Numbered from the stretch's first letter, positions 28,610 through 38,640 are shown. The stretch is 64,000 nt of DNA from an uncultured Methanosarcinales archaeon (GCA_964637115.1 CAZWVL010000001.1:1-64000); one strand, 5' to 3'. Numbers and translations: made by a program. Notes: a model not told the origin generated them from the letters alone.

Positions 28610-29428
28610 ATGAAGAAATGGGTAATAGGGGCAATTGTAATTCTTGCAATACTCATAGGCACAGGTTATTTCCTATTAGCGCCGCCATCAGTCGCAGCTG
28701 CCATATTATATGTAGAAAGCGGCGATGTACAGGTAAACACGGGTAAAGGATGGCATCCAGCAACAGATGAAATGGAACTAAAACAAGGAAACCAGATCAA
28801 AACAGGAGAAGGCGAAGCAACAGTCATACTGCAGGAAGGAGAAGTTGTGCACCTGCAGCCAAACACAGAAATCAAACTTGACTCCATCAGTGGAGAAAGC
28901 ATAAAATTATCACAGACAGTTGGAGAAACGTGGAATAAAGTCACGAAGATATCCGGCGTTTCAGAGTTTACAATCGAAACACCAAGCACAGTAGCTACAG
29001 TCAGAGGAACTGAGTTCATGCTCAACGAGGAACAACTGGACGTTGAAGACGGAGAAGTAGATTATGAACTAAAAGCCGATAAAAAGAAAATCAAAGTCAG
29101 AGCGCACAAGAAAGCAATGAAAAATCTCATGCAAGAAGAAGACATGAGCGAAGAAGATCTTTCACGCTTCAAACAATTCTCTGAAAAATATGCGAATGCA
29201 CTGAAACGCATCAGAGCGCGAGAAATCAAAAAGAATGGCGTGTTCATCAAAATGGCAGAGAAAAAAGGCATTACAAGAGAACAAATGGAACAAGATCTGA
29301 AAGACATGGATGAAGGCATAAAAAACGAAGATGAATTCTATGAAAAAGTTCCTGACGCCATGAAGCCAAGAGCAAAACGCATATACTTGCTAACTAAGGA
29401 AATCAAACGCGCACGCGCAAAGCAATGA
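28610..29428 (+). CDS. FecR-domain protein with N-terminal membrane anchor
   Basis: VESGDVQV..GW, LKQGNQIKTG, FTIETPSTVATVRGTEF, VEDGEV. Confidence 0.88.
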   Translation: MKKWVIGAIVILAILIGTGYFLLAPPSVAAAILYVESGDVQVNTGKGWHPATDEMELKQGNQIKTGEGEATVILQEGEVVHLQPNTEIKLDSISGESIKLSQTVGETWNKVTKISGVSEFTIETPSTVATVRGTEFMLNEEQLDVEDGEVDYELKADKKKIKVRAHKKAMKNLMQEEDMSEEDLSRFKQFSEKYANALKRIRAREIKKNGVFIKMAEKKGITREQMEQDLKDMDEGIKNEDEFYEKVPDAMKPRAKRIYLLTKEIKRARAKQ

Positions 29429-31083
29429 AGCTAACTGTTGTTGTATCAATTGTTACAGGACTTGTTCTTGTCCTGTTAGCATATTTGGGAGTATTCTACA
29501 CGTGGAATCTTGGCGTAACTGATGTTTTGTATGGCGGCAAACCGGCGTTGCAGAATATCAAGATAATAGCAATTGACGACAAAAGCCTGCAGGAAATAGG
29601 CAGATGGCCGTGGGACAGAACAGTATGGGTAGACCTTCTGAACTCTACCAGTTCAGCCACTGTCGTTGCATTTGATGTCGCGTTCTTCGAACCAACAAAA
29701 GATGATGCGGCAGTTGGAGAAGCAATGCGAAAAGCAAGCAACGTCATAATAGCACAGGAATACGACTTCAGCAGAAAAGTGGATTTGATTCCAGCAGAAG
29801 GATTTGCAAATGTGCAGACGGCAATGATAAACATTTACACAGACCAAGAAGGAGTGAGCAGAAGTGTACCAGTAATACTTGAAGGAAAACAATCTTTATC
29901 GCTTGCTGTTGCACAAAAATACATCGGCAGAGAACTAACCATTCCGCAACAAAAAATGATTGTAAACTTTGCAGGCGGACCAGGAAGCTATCAGACTTAT
30001 TCAGCATCAGACGTGATAAACGGAAGAGTGCCTGCGAATGAATTTGAAAATGCAATAATATTCATCGGCGCAACAGCTCCAGACCTGCACGACGATTATC
30101 CAGTGCCAACATCACACAAAAAACGCATGCCGGGAGTGGAGATACACGCGCACGCCGTGCAAACAATACTTGCAAAACAATATCTACGCCACCAGAGTTT
30201 CGGTTCACTTGTCATAGTAATACTGGCAATATCAATAATCAGCGGACTGTTATATGGAACTCTGAAAATTCGCTACGGCACTCCAATCTTAATCCTTCTG
30301 CTCATCGGATATTTTGTCGTCAGCATATTCATTTTCAAACGAGGACTTATTCTGAATTTAATATATCCTACATTGACTATTGTAGCAACCTCGCTGACTT
30401 CAATCAGCTACATAGCCGCTTCTGAGACAAAACACAAAAAGTACATTCTTGGAATATTCGGCAAGTACGTCTCAAAAGACGTTGTTGACCATTTGCTGAA
30501 AAGTGAAAAATCAATAGAATTGGGCGGAACAGAAAGAGAAGTAACATCAATGTTTGCAGACATCAGAGGCTTTACAGCAATGTCAGAAAAGATGACGCCG
30601 CACCAAGTCATCACATTCCTAAACCACTATTTTGGCGATATGACTGATTTAATATTTGCACACGAAGGAACACTTGACAAATATGTGGGAGACGCTCTTT
30701 TTGCGCTTTGGGGCTCACCGCTTCCTGACAAAGACCACGCGTATAAAGCAGTTAAGTGCGCTCTTGCAATCCAGGAAAAGCTCAAAACACAGCATCGAAA
30801 AGACATTCCGCCGATAAACTTAGGAATAGGAATCTGTTCAGGCCCGGCAGTTGTAGGCAATATGGGCTCGCCTCAAAGACAAGAGTTTACGGCCATAGGT
30901 GACACGATAAACACATCATCACGGCTCAGCGGAACAGCAAGCGGTGGGCAGGTAATGATAACAGACTCAACTTATCAGATGATTAAGGACAAGGTTATTG
31001 CCAAAAAACTAGAGCCGCTAAAAGTAAAAGGCAAAGAAAAAATGCTGACAGTGTATGAAGTTGTTGGACTTAAAGCTACGTAA
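29425..31083 (+). CDS. CHASE2-domain class III adenylate/guanylate cyclase
   Basis: IIAIDDKSLQEIGRWPWDR and MPGVEIHAHAV (CHASE2); three TM helices; MFADIRGFT, TLDKYVGD, AIGDTINTSSRL (cyclase; K at substrate site suggests ATP). Confidence 0.94.
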   Translation: MKLTVVVSIVTGLVLVLLAYLGVFYTWNLGVTDVLYGGKPALQNIKIIAIDDKSLQEIGRWPWDRTVWVDLLNSTSSATVVAFDVAFFEPTKDDAAVGEAMRKASNVIIAQEYDFSRKVDLIPAEGFANVQTAMINIYTDQEGVSRSVPVILEGKQSLSLAVAQKYIGRELTIPQQKMIVNFAGGPGSYQTYSASDVINGRVPANEFENAIIFIGATAPDLHDDYPVPTSHKKRMPGVEIHAHAVQTILAKQYLRHQSFGSLVIVILAISIISGLLYGTLKIRYGTPILILLLIGYFVVSIFIFKRGLILNLIYPTLTIVATSLTSISYIAASETKHKKYILGIFGKYVSKDVVDHLLKSEKSIELGGTEREVTSMFADIRGFTAMSEKMTPHQVITFLNHYFGDMTDLIFAHEGTLDKYVGDALFALWGSPLPDKDHAYKAVKCALAIQEKLKTQHRKDIPPINLGIGICSGPAVVGNMGSPQRQEFTAIGDTINTSSRLSGTASGGQVMITDSTYQMIKDKVIAKKLEPLKVKGKEKMLTVYEVVGLKAT

Positions 31084-31096
31084 TTCTAAATATTGA

Positions 31097-31185
31097 CCGC
31101 GCCGGTCCTTTGGATTGATTTTTTCTCCGCCACACAGAGTTAAGGCGGAGAAAAAATCACCTTGGAAACTGCCGAGGCGGCGCGG
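31097..31185. other. Multi-stem structured intergenic element between convergent genes
   Basis: CCGCGCCG/CGGCGCGG closing stem enclosing a perfect 16-bp stem TGATTTTTTCTCCGCC/GGCGGAGAAAAAATCA and two short hairpins. Confidence 0.6.
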
Positions 31186-31198
31186 CTAAAGCAAGAGG

Positions 31199-32626
31199 TC
31201 AAAGCCCAGCAAGAAAATCCTTAACAACCATGGTTGCTCTAACGTCATCCTCGTTGTAATCAAGAATTCTCTGCAAAAGCTCCCTTTCCTTAGTTTCCAA
31301 AAACTGCAAGTAAAGAACAATACTTTCCTGTGCGTCAGCCATACCCCTATACCTGAAACCAAGAAATTTACTAATTTCCTTCAACGACATAGTCATTGTA
31401 GGAAAAATTACGTTCTTCCTCACCAAAGAAAGAACGTCAATCATGTTGTTGAGAATATTTGAAACGTTCACCTTGTATTTTTGGCCCAATGAAGCAATAT
31501 GCGTTCTTTCATACGGGCCATAATGATAGATGGGCGCGTCAGGAAACTTCTTCACATAAGCGAGAAAATCGTGCAGCATCCTTCCTTCATCAGTCAAAGC
31601 TTCTGCAACAAAAGGGCGGAAATGTGCGCCATTATTGTCCTTCACCAACAACCCAATGAGATAATCAGTCTTTACCATGCCTTCTTCAGTTTCTAATTCA
31701 TCCGTTCCCTCAAAATCCAAGAACAATTCAACACCTGTTTTTGGCAGGTTGGGCTTGGAGAGAATTATTGGTTTTTTATCAATCCATGCCTGCGCGTACA
31801 ATTTTATTTTTTTAAGAGTTGGCTCTGGAATATCAAGTTCAACCGGCTGCGTAGCCAGCTGCTTAACAGTTAAAATTCCGGCAAAATTAAGTTTTTTCTT
31901 CAATGCAGGGCCAACATTCGGAACTATGGAGATATCGTTAGTTTCGACAGCCCGCTTGTTGCAATAGTTTTCCCACGGCCACTTGCAGGATTTTGCTGTT
32001 GGCGAAATTTGCTTGCCATTCCAGACTTCTTTTATGCCTGCAAGAATTTGAAGCAGTTCATCCTTGTACTCATCATATTCGTACTCAAACTCTTCCTGTT
32101 CCCTGTTAATAAGGTAGAATTTTGCGGGTGTGTAAAGTTGCACTTTGCCAATCAGGTAAGTATAGAACGCTGCCTGCATAATGTATTCGTGCTTGATATG
32201 TTTCGCACTCTTGATTTCCTTGACAATATAATAGTGATTGCCAAATGTACTGGAATGATCGTTTCTTCTTTCGATGACATCGGTAATACCGTAGATGTCT
32301 TCAGGCAAGTAAAATAACGGAGCGCCAGTCAAAACCTTTGAGCCTTTCTGGCAGGCATCTAAAACCTGCTTGAAACCAGTTTCAAAAGAAAGCATGGGAA
32401 TTTCAACAGCATCCGGAAATAAATCAGCACGCACGTTTTTCTCGTGCTGGATGCCTCTTTCAAACAGCAAATGCATGTACTTGTTTTCAGGCTCCCTTTC
32501 TTCAGGTGGAGCAAACGCATCGCACCAAACAATAAAAGGGCTGATGCAATATTTCAGTACAGTGCTTCCAGTAATGGTGAACTTAGAACGATGCTTTCCG
32601 GCAAGACAGCTCTCGAATACGTCCAT
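31199..32626 (-). CDS. TM0106-family RecB-like nuclease with C-terminal RNase H-like domain
   Basis: PD-(D/E)xK-like GITDVIE..VKEIKSAK..QAAFY; HhH-like IVPNVG; FLDFEG and YNEDDVRAT. Confidence 0.9.
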   Translation of the reverse strand: MDVFESCLAGKHRSKFTITGSTVLKYCISPFIVWCDAFAPPEEREPENKYMHLLFERGIQHEKNVRADLFPDAVEIPMLSFETGFKQVLDACQKGSKVLTGAPLFYLPEDIYGITDVIERRNDHSSTFGNHYYIVKEIKSAKHIKHEYIMQAAFYTYLIGKVQLYTPAKFYLINREQEEFEYEYDEYKDELLQILAGIKEVWNGKQISPTAKSCKWPWENYCNKRAVETNDISIVPNVGPALKKKLNFAGILTVKQLATQPVELDIPEPTLKKIKLYAQAWIDKKPIILSKPNLPKTGVELFLDFEGTDELETEEGMVKTDYLIGLLVKDNNGAHFRPFVAEALTDEGRMLHDFLAYVKKFPDAPIYHYGPYERTHIASLGQKYKVNVSNILNNMIDVLSLVRKNVIFPTMTMSLKEISKFLGFRYRGMADAQESIVLYLQFLETKERELLQRILDYNEDDVRATMVVKDFLAGL

Positions 32627-32689
32627 TATTCAAATCCTGTACGCTACCTTTATAAAATCTTGCGGCTTTTAATATGAAAAAGAGGAAGC

Positions 32690-33319
32690 ATGAAGCATCA
32701 ATTATTGATATTCTTGACTATTGGTATGGTAGTCTTCTTCGCACTCATGAGCATGAAAGAACCTTTCATAACTGGGGCTGCAAGCACAGAAGAAAATGTA
32801 AAAAGCTACGCAATGGTTTTGGATAATGTAATAACAAACTTTTTTGGCATTCACGACATTAATTTTCCAAATGGAAAGTGCGGCGACATCGCTCAAGAAT
32901 TGTACAGCAACATAGCATTCTCTTCACTTGACACAACGGCTGGCTATGGTACAACCGGCCCTGACCGGATAGCAACCCTGAATTTCGTCGTTGATAGAAC
33001 AGAAAAGTATGGCACCGTCGACATGGCCAAAGGCAGTGAAATAATTCAAGATGGCACAACTGACAGTTTCATCAGCATCAACACTGAAACCATTGTTCGC
33101 GTTCCAAAAGAAGTAAGGACAACCTATTTCTCAATGGACCTGTATGGCATATCCAACGGGGCATTTATAATATCACACGGGTCATTCTCAACTCCCTCAG
33201 TTGACTGCACATTCATAACGAGAAACAGCATGGCAATCTGCGATTGTGTATCGCACCCAATCACCGGAATCAGAGTTGCAGGCATCACAGGCCTGCGCCC
33301 AGTAGAGAGAAACATTTAA
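32690..33319 (+). CDS. Membrane-anchored hypothetical protein
   Basis: N-terminal TM followed by ITGAA; GAGG RBS. Confidence 0.7.
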   Translation: MKHQLLIFLTIGMVVFFALMSMKEPFITGAASTEENVKSYAMVLDNVITNFFGIHDINFPNGKCGDIAQELYSNIAFSSLDTTAGYGTTGPDRIATLNFVVDRTEKYGTVDMAKGSEIIQDGTTDSFISINTETIVRVPKEVRTTYFSMDLYGISNGAFIISHGSFSTPSVDCTFITRNSMAICDCVSHPITGIRVAGITGLRPVERNI

Positions 33320-33368
33320 ATACTCTCTGCCAGTGTACGATAATCTATATTGAAAAAGTGAGTGAAAA

Positions 33369-33719
33369 ATGACAAATGATAGTGCTGACACAGCTGTGCT
33401 GGAATCAGTTAAAGCAGAATTTAAAGAAGCAAAGCATTCAGATATTGAGGCGCGTTTAAAACTATCTGACCTTGGCAAGAGCGTAGATCTTGGTGACTTA
33501 GCAGACGTTCATGTCGAGCGATGTGTTGATGATTCTTATCATCTTGAAAACTTTATGTACGTGTCTGACGGCCGGTGGGAAAAGTCAGATGTTGGTGTGC
33601 GAGTTCCGCTGACTGATAAAGACATCAAAGAAATAAAAAATGGCAAGTACGTCCTGATAGGGCCTATGCGAAACTGGCGCAACGGCGGAGAATACGCTCT
33701 CTGCAAGAAGTACAAATAA
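33369..33719 (+). CDS. Hypothetical protein
   Basis: 116-aa ORF with GTGAGTG RBS-like sequence. Confidence 0.6.
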   Translation: MTNDSADTAVLESVKAEFKEAKHSDIEARLKLSDLGKSVDLGDLADVHVERCVDDSYHLENFMYVSDGRWEKSDVGVRVPLTDKDIKEIKNGKYVLIGPMRNWRNGGEYALCKKYK

Positions 33720-33788
33720 TTCTTAACAGTAATATTTATAAAGGCAAAACGTAATCACGTTCTTTAGACAAAAAAGAGGTTGATAGTA

Positions 33789-34442
33789 ATGCGGTTAAAC
33801 AAAAAAGCAGCACTAGAACTATCTATTACAGCAATTGTCGTTCTCATCATCGCAATAACGGTTCTCGGCTTAAGTATTGGCTTTATCAAAAAACAGTTCG
33901 GAGGAAGCGGCAAAATACTCGAAGAACAGCTCGCCAGTATCAAACAGAAGCTCAGAGACGATATACGAACAGGAGGCGACCTGCTGGTATTTTCAGTACC
34001 TGACCAGGTCAACGTCGGCAAGCCGAGCGGTATTGTCATCGGCGTGAGAAATACTGCACAAAATACTGACGGCGACAGAATCTGTTTCAGAGTAGAAGTC
34101 AGCTGCATCAAACCATTCACGCCAAACACTCCTTGCGTCTCAGACCAGCCGGGACCGCCATTCGAAACAGTAGCAGTTGGCGGCTATGATGCTGTCAACA
34201 ACGATTTTGTAGCGGGAAATCACAATTGGTTCAAAAGCATCCTCGGACAATTTGACTTGAAAAACTTCGAAGGAGACGTCTATGACGCCATATTACTTGT
34301 CAGAGCAGTAAAGCCTGACAGCTATCAAATGGAAATCAATGTCTATAAAGAGCCCAATGACAAAGCCTGCAAAGACCAAGGTTTCTCAGACCCGGCAAAA
34401 GAATTATACGCGAGCAAATCATTCTTCCTGAACGTGGTGTAA
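33789..34442 (+). CDS. Class III signal peptide (pilin-like) protein
   Basis: NKKAA-LELSITAIVVLIIAITVLGL prepilin cleavage pattern. Confidence 0.85.
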   Translation: MRLNKKAALELSITAIVVLIIAITVLGLSIGFIKKQFGGSGKILEEQLASIKQKLRDDIRTGGDLLVFSVPDQVNVGKPSGIVIGVRNTAQNTDGDRICFRVEVSCIKPFTPNTPCVSDQPGPPFETVAVGGYDAVNNDFVAGNHNWFKSILGQFDLKNFEGDVYDAILLVRAVKPDSYQMEINVYKEPNDKACKDQGFSDPAKELYASKSFFLNVV

Positions 34443-34443
34443 A

Positions 34444-34659
34444 ATGACCAAAAGACGATTAGCAGCACACGAAGAATTCGAAATAATGAAAATAGTTTTG
34501 GACAAGTTCCTGTGGATAGGCGCAGCACTAATGTTCTGGGGAATCTTCAAGAGCATTACAACAAGCTTTATGGACGGATTCTGGTATATACTGGCAGGGG
34601 CATTAGTCATGCTCGTATTCGCCTGGATTGTCATCAAAGAATTCGAAGCGATAAGATAA
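34444..34659 (+). CDS. Small two-TM membrane protein
   Basis: Two hydrophobic helices; adjacent to the pilin-like gene. Confidence 0.75.
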   Translation: MTKRRLAAHEEFEIMKIVLDKFLWIGAALMFWGIFKSITTSFMDGFWYILAGALVMLVFAWIVIKEFEAIR

Positions 34660-34693
34660 TATTTATAAATCACTGTAACAGAGATGTTCTAAA

Positions 34694-36070
34694 ATGAGGT
34701 GCAATCTTATATTTATTCTAAGTGTGGCAGCACTAATCATACTTGCAGGCTGCGGCGGAGAATGCAAGACGGCAGCAGACTGCAAAGGAAAGCCAGCAAG
34801 CGCATTTACGCCGGCGTGCACAGACAAAACGTGCGTGTACACGCCAATACCAAACGTTTGTGGCAACAACGCCTGTGAAACAGGAGAAGACAAAGGAAAC
34901 TGCGAAATAGACTGCGGCGCGTGCAAAGGACAAGTGCAAGGCAGCAAGTATCTATTCTATACTAAAGTAGGTGACAAGTGCCTTGAAGATGTAGACGCAT
35001 CAAAGATTAAACCAGTCTATAGTAGTGCAGAAATACCAAGCGGCGGAGACAGATTCAAACTCGATACTGTTTACAGCCAGCCATTCAATCTAAAACGCGA
35101 CACATTCGGATTAACAATAACCCTTGGAGAACAAGGAGCGAACAACAGAGACGAACACATACTGAATGTAGAGTTGACGGCAACAACAAAAGACAGAAGA
35201 ACAATTTCTCTGGCGCGGCAAACTGTTGACAAGTACCTATGGACAACAGGCAGCGCAATAAAAGAAGATATTATCTTGGATTTTCCAACAGCAGAAATAG
35301 AAGGAGAGTTAACGAATTTAATACTTAAAATACAGTATGAATATTCATTGATTCTGGCAGGCAAGAAAACACAAAAACAAGGAATCCTGCAAAACAGGTA
35401 CAAAGAAACATTTGTATTTGTCAAACCATCTTCAACATATCCGTGCCCGGCAAACTGCAACGACAACAATCCAGGAACAAGAGACTTCTGCAACGTACAA
35501 ACAAACTACTTCTGCAAACACGAGCCAATACCAAACATGTGTGGAAACGGCAAGTGCGACGGAGCAGAAAATAAATGCACGTGTCCGCAAGACTGCGGAG
35601 TCTGCCCAGGAAGCGCAGGAACATTCTTGGAATATACGTGTCAAGGAACCAATTGCGTAACACAAATGAAAACAGGCGCAACACAGCAGCCAAGCACGTT
35701 ATTTGACGATAGAAGCCTTGGGCCAGTACAATTGCAAAACAATTACAAGTTCAAAAACCCATTCAACATCAAAACGGACAAGTTTGAGCTTGACTTCAAG
35801 ACGTACAGAGTAGACCCTGCAGTGTCAAACGTCAAAATTGACACAGTCAGAATACTGGAAGGACAAGAGCAACTCGCAGAAATAACTGTAGATAAAGAAC
35901 TCAGCGACAAAATAACTTCAGTAGAAGTACAAATTCCTTCTATAATCGAACCAGAAGAAGAACACAACCTACTGCTGGCAGTCTGGTATACGTACACGCA
36001 AAACGATCAGGAAAAACAGGGAAGCTATCAAAAACCATTAGGAAAGATAACCCTGATAAACCCAGGATGA
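34694..36070 (+). CDS. Cys-rich secreted or lipoprotein surface protein
   Basis: LAGC lipobox-like; repeated CGN.xC...E...C..DC modules. Confidence 0.85.
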   Translation: MRCNLIFILSVAALIILAGCGGECKTAADCKGKPASAFTPACTDKTCVYTPIPNVCGNNACETGEDKGNCEIDCGACKGQVQGSKYLFYTKVGDKCLEDVDASKIKPVYSSAEIPSGGDRFKLDTVYSQPFNLKRDTFGLTITLGEQGANNRDEHILNVELTATTKDRRTISLARQTVDKYLWTTGSAIKEDIILDFPTAEIEGELTNLILKIQYEYSLILAGKKTQKQGILQNRYKETFVFVKPSSTYPCPANCNDNNPGTRDFCNVQTNYFCKHEPIPNMCGNGKCDGAENKCTCPQDCGVCPGSAGTFLEYTCQGTNCVTQMKTGATQQPSTLFDDRSLGPVQLQNNYKFKNPFNIKTDKFELDFKTYRVDPAVSNVKIDTVRILEGQEQLAEITVDKELSDKITSVEVQIPSIIEPEEEHNLLLAVWYTYTQNDQEKQGSYQKPLGKITLINPG

Positions 36071-36708
36071 CGAACAAAAAGGGTATGGAATTGAGTATCG
36101 GGCTCATAGTCATTCTCATATTGTCAATACTTATTTTTTCTCTTTCACTATACTTTTTATTCAAATGGTTCGGCCAAGCAGAAGAACTCAAAGCAGAAAT
36201 AGACAGAGCAACACACGAACAAATACTAACTGCATTAAAGTCAGGAAATCAATTGGTAGCAATACCAATTGCGATACAGGAACAGAAACGCGGCAACAAG
36301 GTCACGTTTGGAGTTGGAATAAGAAATTTGGCGGCAGAGAAGCAGTTCAGCATGGCAGCAGCGTTCTCAGGAGCATATATGCCGAATGGCAACGCCATCT
36401 GCACAGCAGGAGAATCCTGCGCTTTTTACATTGAAGAACACTGGCTGGGCGGATTTGCAACAACACCGACGTTTACCTTGAAGAAAAATGAAGAAAAAAT
36501 ACTGCCATTATTAATAAAAACAGATGTTAACATAGACGCAGGAAGAACTACACCGAAAGGAGACTACACGTTCAATGTGTGCGTATATGATAAAAAACTT
36601 CGTGATGACGGCACGCCGCCAGCAGCCTGCAGTGCAGGACAATTTTCGTATAATCCAGGAGAGTTCTACACCGCGAAGATATATCAGGTGACTGTGAAAG
36701 TTGTTTAA
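36067..36708 (+). CDS. Class III signal peptide (pilin-like) protein
   Basis: NKKG-MELSIGLIVILILSIL cleavage pattern; ATGA overlap with the upstream gene. Confidence 0.85.
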   Translation: MTNKKGMELSIGLIVILILSILIFSLSLYFLFKWFGQAEELKAEIDRATHEQILTALKSGNQLVAIPIAIQEQKRGNKVTFGVGIRNLAAEKQFSMAAAFSGAYMPNGNAICTAGESCAFYIEEHWLGGFATTPTFTLKKNEEKILPLLIKTDVNIDAGRTTPKGDYTFNVCVYDKKLRDDGTPPAACSAGQFSYNPGEFYTAKIYQVTVKVV

Positions 36709-36971
36709 CACATACGTCCTTTATGCACAACAGGACGGTCGCGGAACTTCTTTCGCAAGTAAAGCATATCATTCGATGCCTTCATCACAGTCTCCTGGTC
36801 TTTTGTAACGTTTCTTAATTGCAAAAGACGCCTGATGACGGGAGCGTAACCATCACGCTTGACCAACTTTTCAAGAATTCTCCTTCTTTTTGTTTGCGGC
36901 AAGCTCTTGCTCCAGCCGCCCAGCTTGCCGGACTCAAAATGAGCCCACTTGCGGACATATTTCTTTGGCAT
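36705..36971 (-). CDS. Small basic hypothetical protein
   Basis: 88-aa Lys/Arg-rich ORF starting MPKKY. Confidence 0.6.
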   Translation of the reverse strand: MPKKYVRKWAHFESGKLGGWSKSLPQTKRRRILEKLVKRDGYAPVIRRLLQLRNVTKDQETVMKASNDMLYLRKKFRDRPVVHKGRMC

Positions 36972-37033
36972 TACAGATAAAAAGATAACGTGCAATAAAA
37001 GAGTTCATAGTCACGAGAGAGTTAAAGCAGAAT

Positions 37034-37927
37034 CTACAAAGCTGATCTGTCAGCTTTACGTCCAGGATCAACGTATTTCAATACCATCGTTTCAGCAACT
37101 GTTTCAATCTTGCTACCAACCTGTCTATCGCTCCTATGCAAAGGCTGATAAATGGTTAAATGCAAAGCAGGGCCGAAACGGCTGTTTCTGGCAGGAGTTG
37201 ATGAAGCAAAATCATTGCGAATATCTATGCCGAATCTTTTTCCAAACTCTGCCAATGGGAATCCAGCAAGTTCAGCCTTTTCAGCCATTTCATAAAAGAG
37301 CGCCACTTCCTGAACGGAATTGTACAAATTAACTATTTGGCTCTCTGCTTCGGGTGTAAAGTCTCCGTTAAATGTCTTTTTTAAGTGAACCTGAGGCAGC
37401 ACTGCATAATCTTGAGGTTTTATTTTAAACTCTGGAATCGTTTCGTATCGATCAGATAATTTCATCACATCGCACAGCTCTTTCAATTTCATTCTAGGCA
37501 AAAGACCAGAAACAGTTCCTATAAAACTCAATTCAGCAGAATATGATTGCCCAGGGAAGTCGCCTTGATAAGGAATTATTTCTTTTGAATAATGCCATGT
37601 CTTGAAAATAGGCAGGCCTGCACGAGTTACGAATACACCTCTCCCTTTTCTGAAATCCAAATCAGTGCTGGATTCGGCGTTATAGAGCTCACGTTCAACC
37701 CGTGAGTGTTCAAGTCTGACAGGAGGATTATATTCAAACCTTGCTTTGTATGAATGTTCTCGTGCTTTCCCATTAGATTTGGCTTGGCCATCGCTAAGAG
37801 TCACGTTCATCCGGGAAGAAGTAAAATTTTGGGAATTAGCACGCAATATTCTGCCAGTTTGTTTTAATTCCACTTCAGGCAACGTAAAATTCAGTGCAAC
37901 CGCTGCTTCCAAAGTCGATATAAACAT
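37034..37927 (-). CDS. Hypothetical protein
   Basis: 297-aa ORF, GGGGAT RBS-like, upstream TATA. Confidence 0.7.
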   Translation of the reverse strand: MFISTLEAAVALNFTLPEVELKQTGRILRANSQNFTSSRMNVTLSDGQAKSNGKAREHSYKARFEYNPPVRLEHSRVERELYNAESSTDLDFRKGRGVFVTRAGLPIFKTWHYSKEIIPYQGDFPGQSYSAELSFIGTVSGLLPRMKLKELCDVMKLSDRYETIPEFKIKPQDYAVLPQVHLKKTFNGDFTPEAESQIVNLYNSVQEVALFYEMAEKAELAGFPLAEFGKRFGIDIRNDFASSTPARNSRFGPALHLTIYQPLHRSDRQVGSKIETVAETMVLKYVDPGRKADRSAL

Positions 37928-37993
37928 TTTTATCCCCAGGTCCGGGCTGCCCTTTTGGTATAAAAGCTTTATTGTAATGCCGTATACTAGAAG

Positions 37994-38455
37994 TTACCTA
38001 AACGTCCCAACCATAATGCCCTTTACATTCTCATATGGAACCAGCCATTGGTCCGAGTCAGGATTTGCAGTACCTTTTGTTTGATAATATGTCTTGCCAT
38101 CCTGTTTTGTTATATCAATAACCATGTGCAAGACAGTGCCGGCAACAGAAGGCTCGTAGAACGAAATCACATCGCCAACGCGAATCTCATCAGCAGATTC
38201 TGGAGTTTTCTCAAACACAACAGAATCGTGCGTGATTAAAGGCGCCATAGAGTCAGAACTTACTTTTGCGTACTTCAAACCCGGATAATCAATCTGCACC
38301 AGGTCTTCAAATACCTTGATAGCATCAAAAGGAATCCGCTGCGTGCTCTCCACTACTGCATTAGTTGTGGCAAGTCGTGTTTCAGCAGGGAGAGGCACTT
38401 GCAGCGAGAAACCTAATAAAAAGAATACGATTGCTATTAACACCCCTTTAATCAT
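37994..38455 (-). CDS. Signal peptidase I-like (S26) protein
   Basis: N-terminal TM; VSSDSMAP serine motif, GDVISF, VLHMV, TKGTAN. Confidence 0.8.
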   Translation of the reverse strand: MIKGVLIAIVFFLLGFSLQVPLPAETRLATTNAVVESTQRIPFDAIKVFEDLVQIDYPGLKYAKVSSDSMAPLITHDSVVFEKTPESADEIRVGDVISFYEPSVAGTVLHMVIDITKQDGKTYYQTKGTANPDSDQWLVPYENVKGIMVGTFR

Positions 38456-38612
38456 ATGAACCCCTAATTAACCCCATTTCAGTTAATACACTGACGCATT
38501 AAAAAGATTCATTGTCACGACTGAGTGAAACGGCAAAGAAAGCTGTACCAGTATACAAAAAAGTAACCTTTTTATAGTAGCCTGACTAACACTGCTTGTG
38601 AAAAGAGAGCAT

Positions 38613-38640
38613 CGCCAAACAAGTTTGGCGGGTCTTTTTT
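38613..38640 (+). terminator. Terminator-like hairpin plus T6 tract in the leader of the 38664 gene
   Basis: CGCCAAA/TTTGGCG stem followed by GGTCTTTTTT; lies downstream of a TTTTTATA box. Confidence 0.4.

Noticed and set aside
31097-31105. 9-nt match CCGCGCCGG to the 3' end of the atypical tRNA
   Set aside because: Too short and GC-rich to distinguish from chance
38512-38531. TTGTCAC-GACTGA-GTGAAAC as a ninth regulon site
   Set aside because: Lacks the inner T of the core and is not at the 11-13 bp spacing from either neighbouring TATA box
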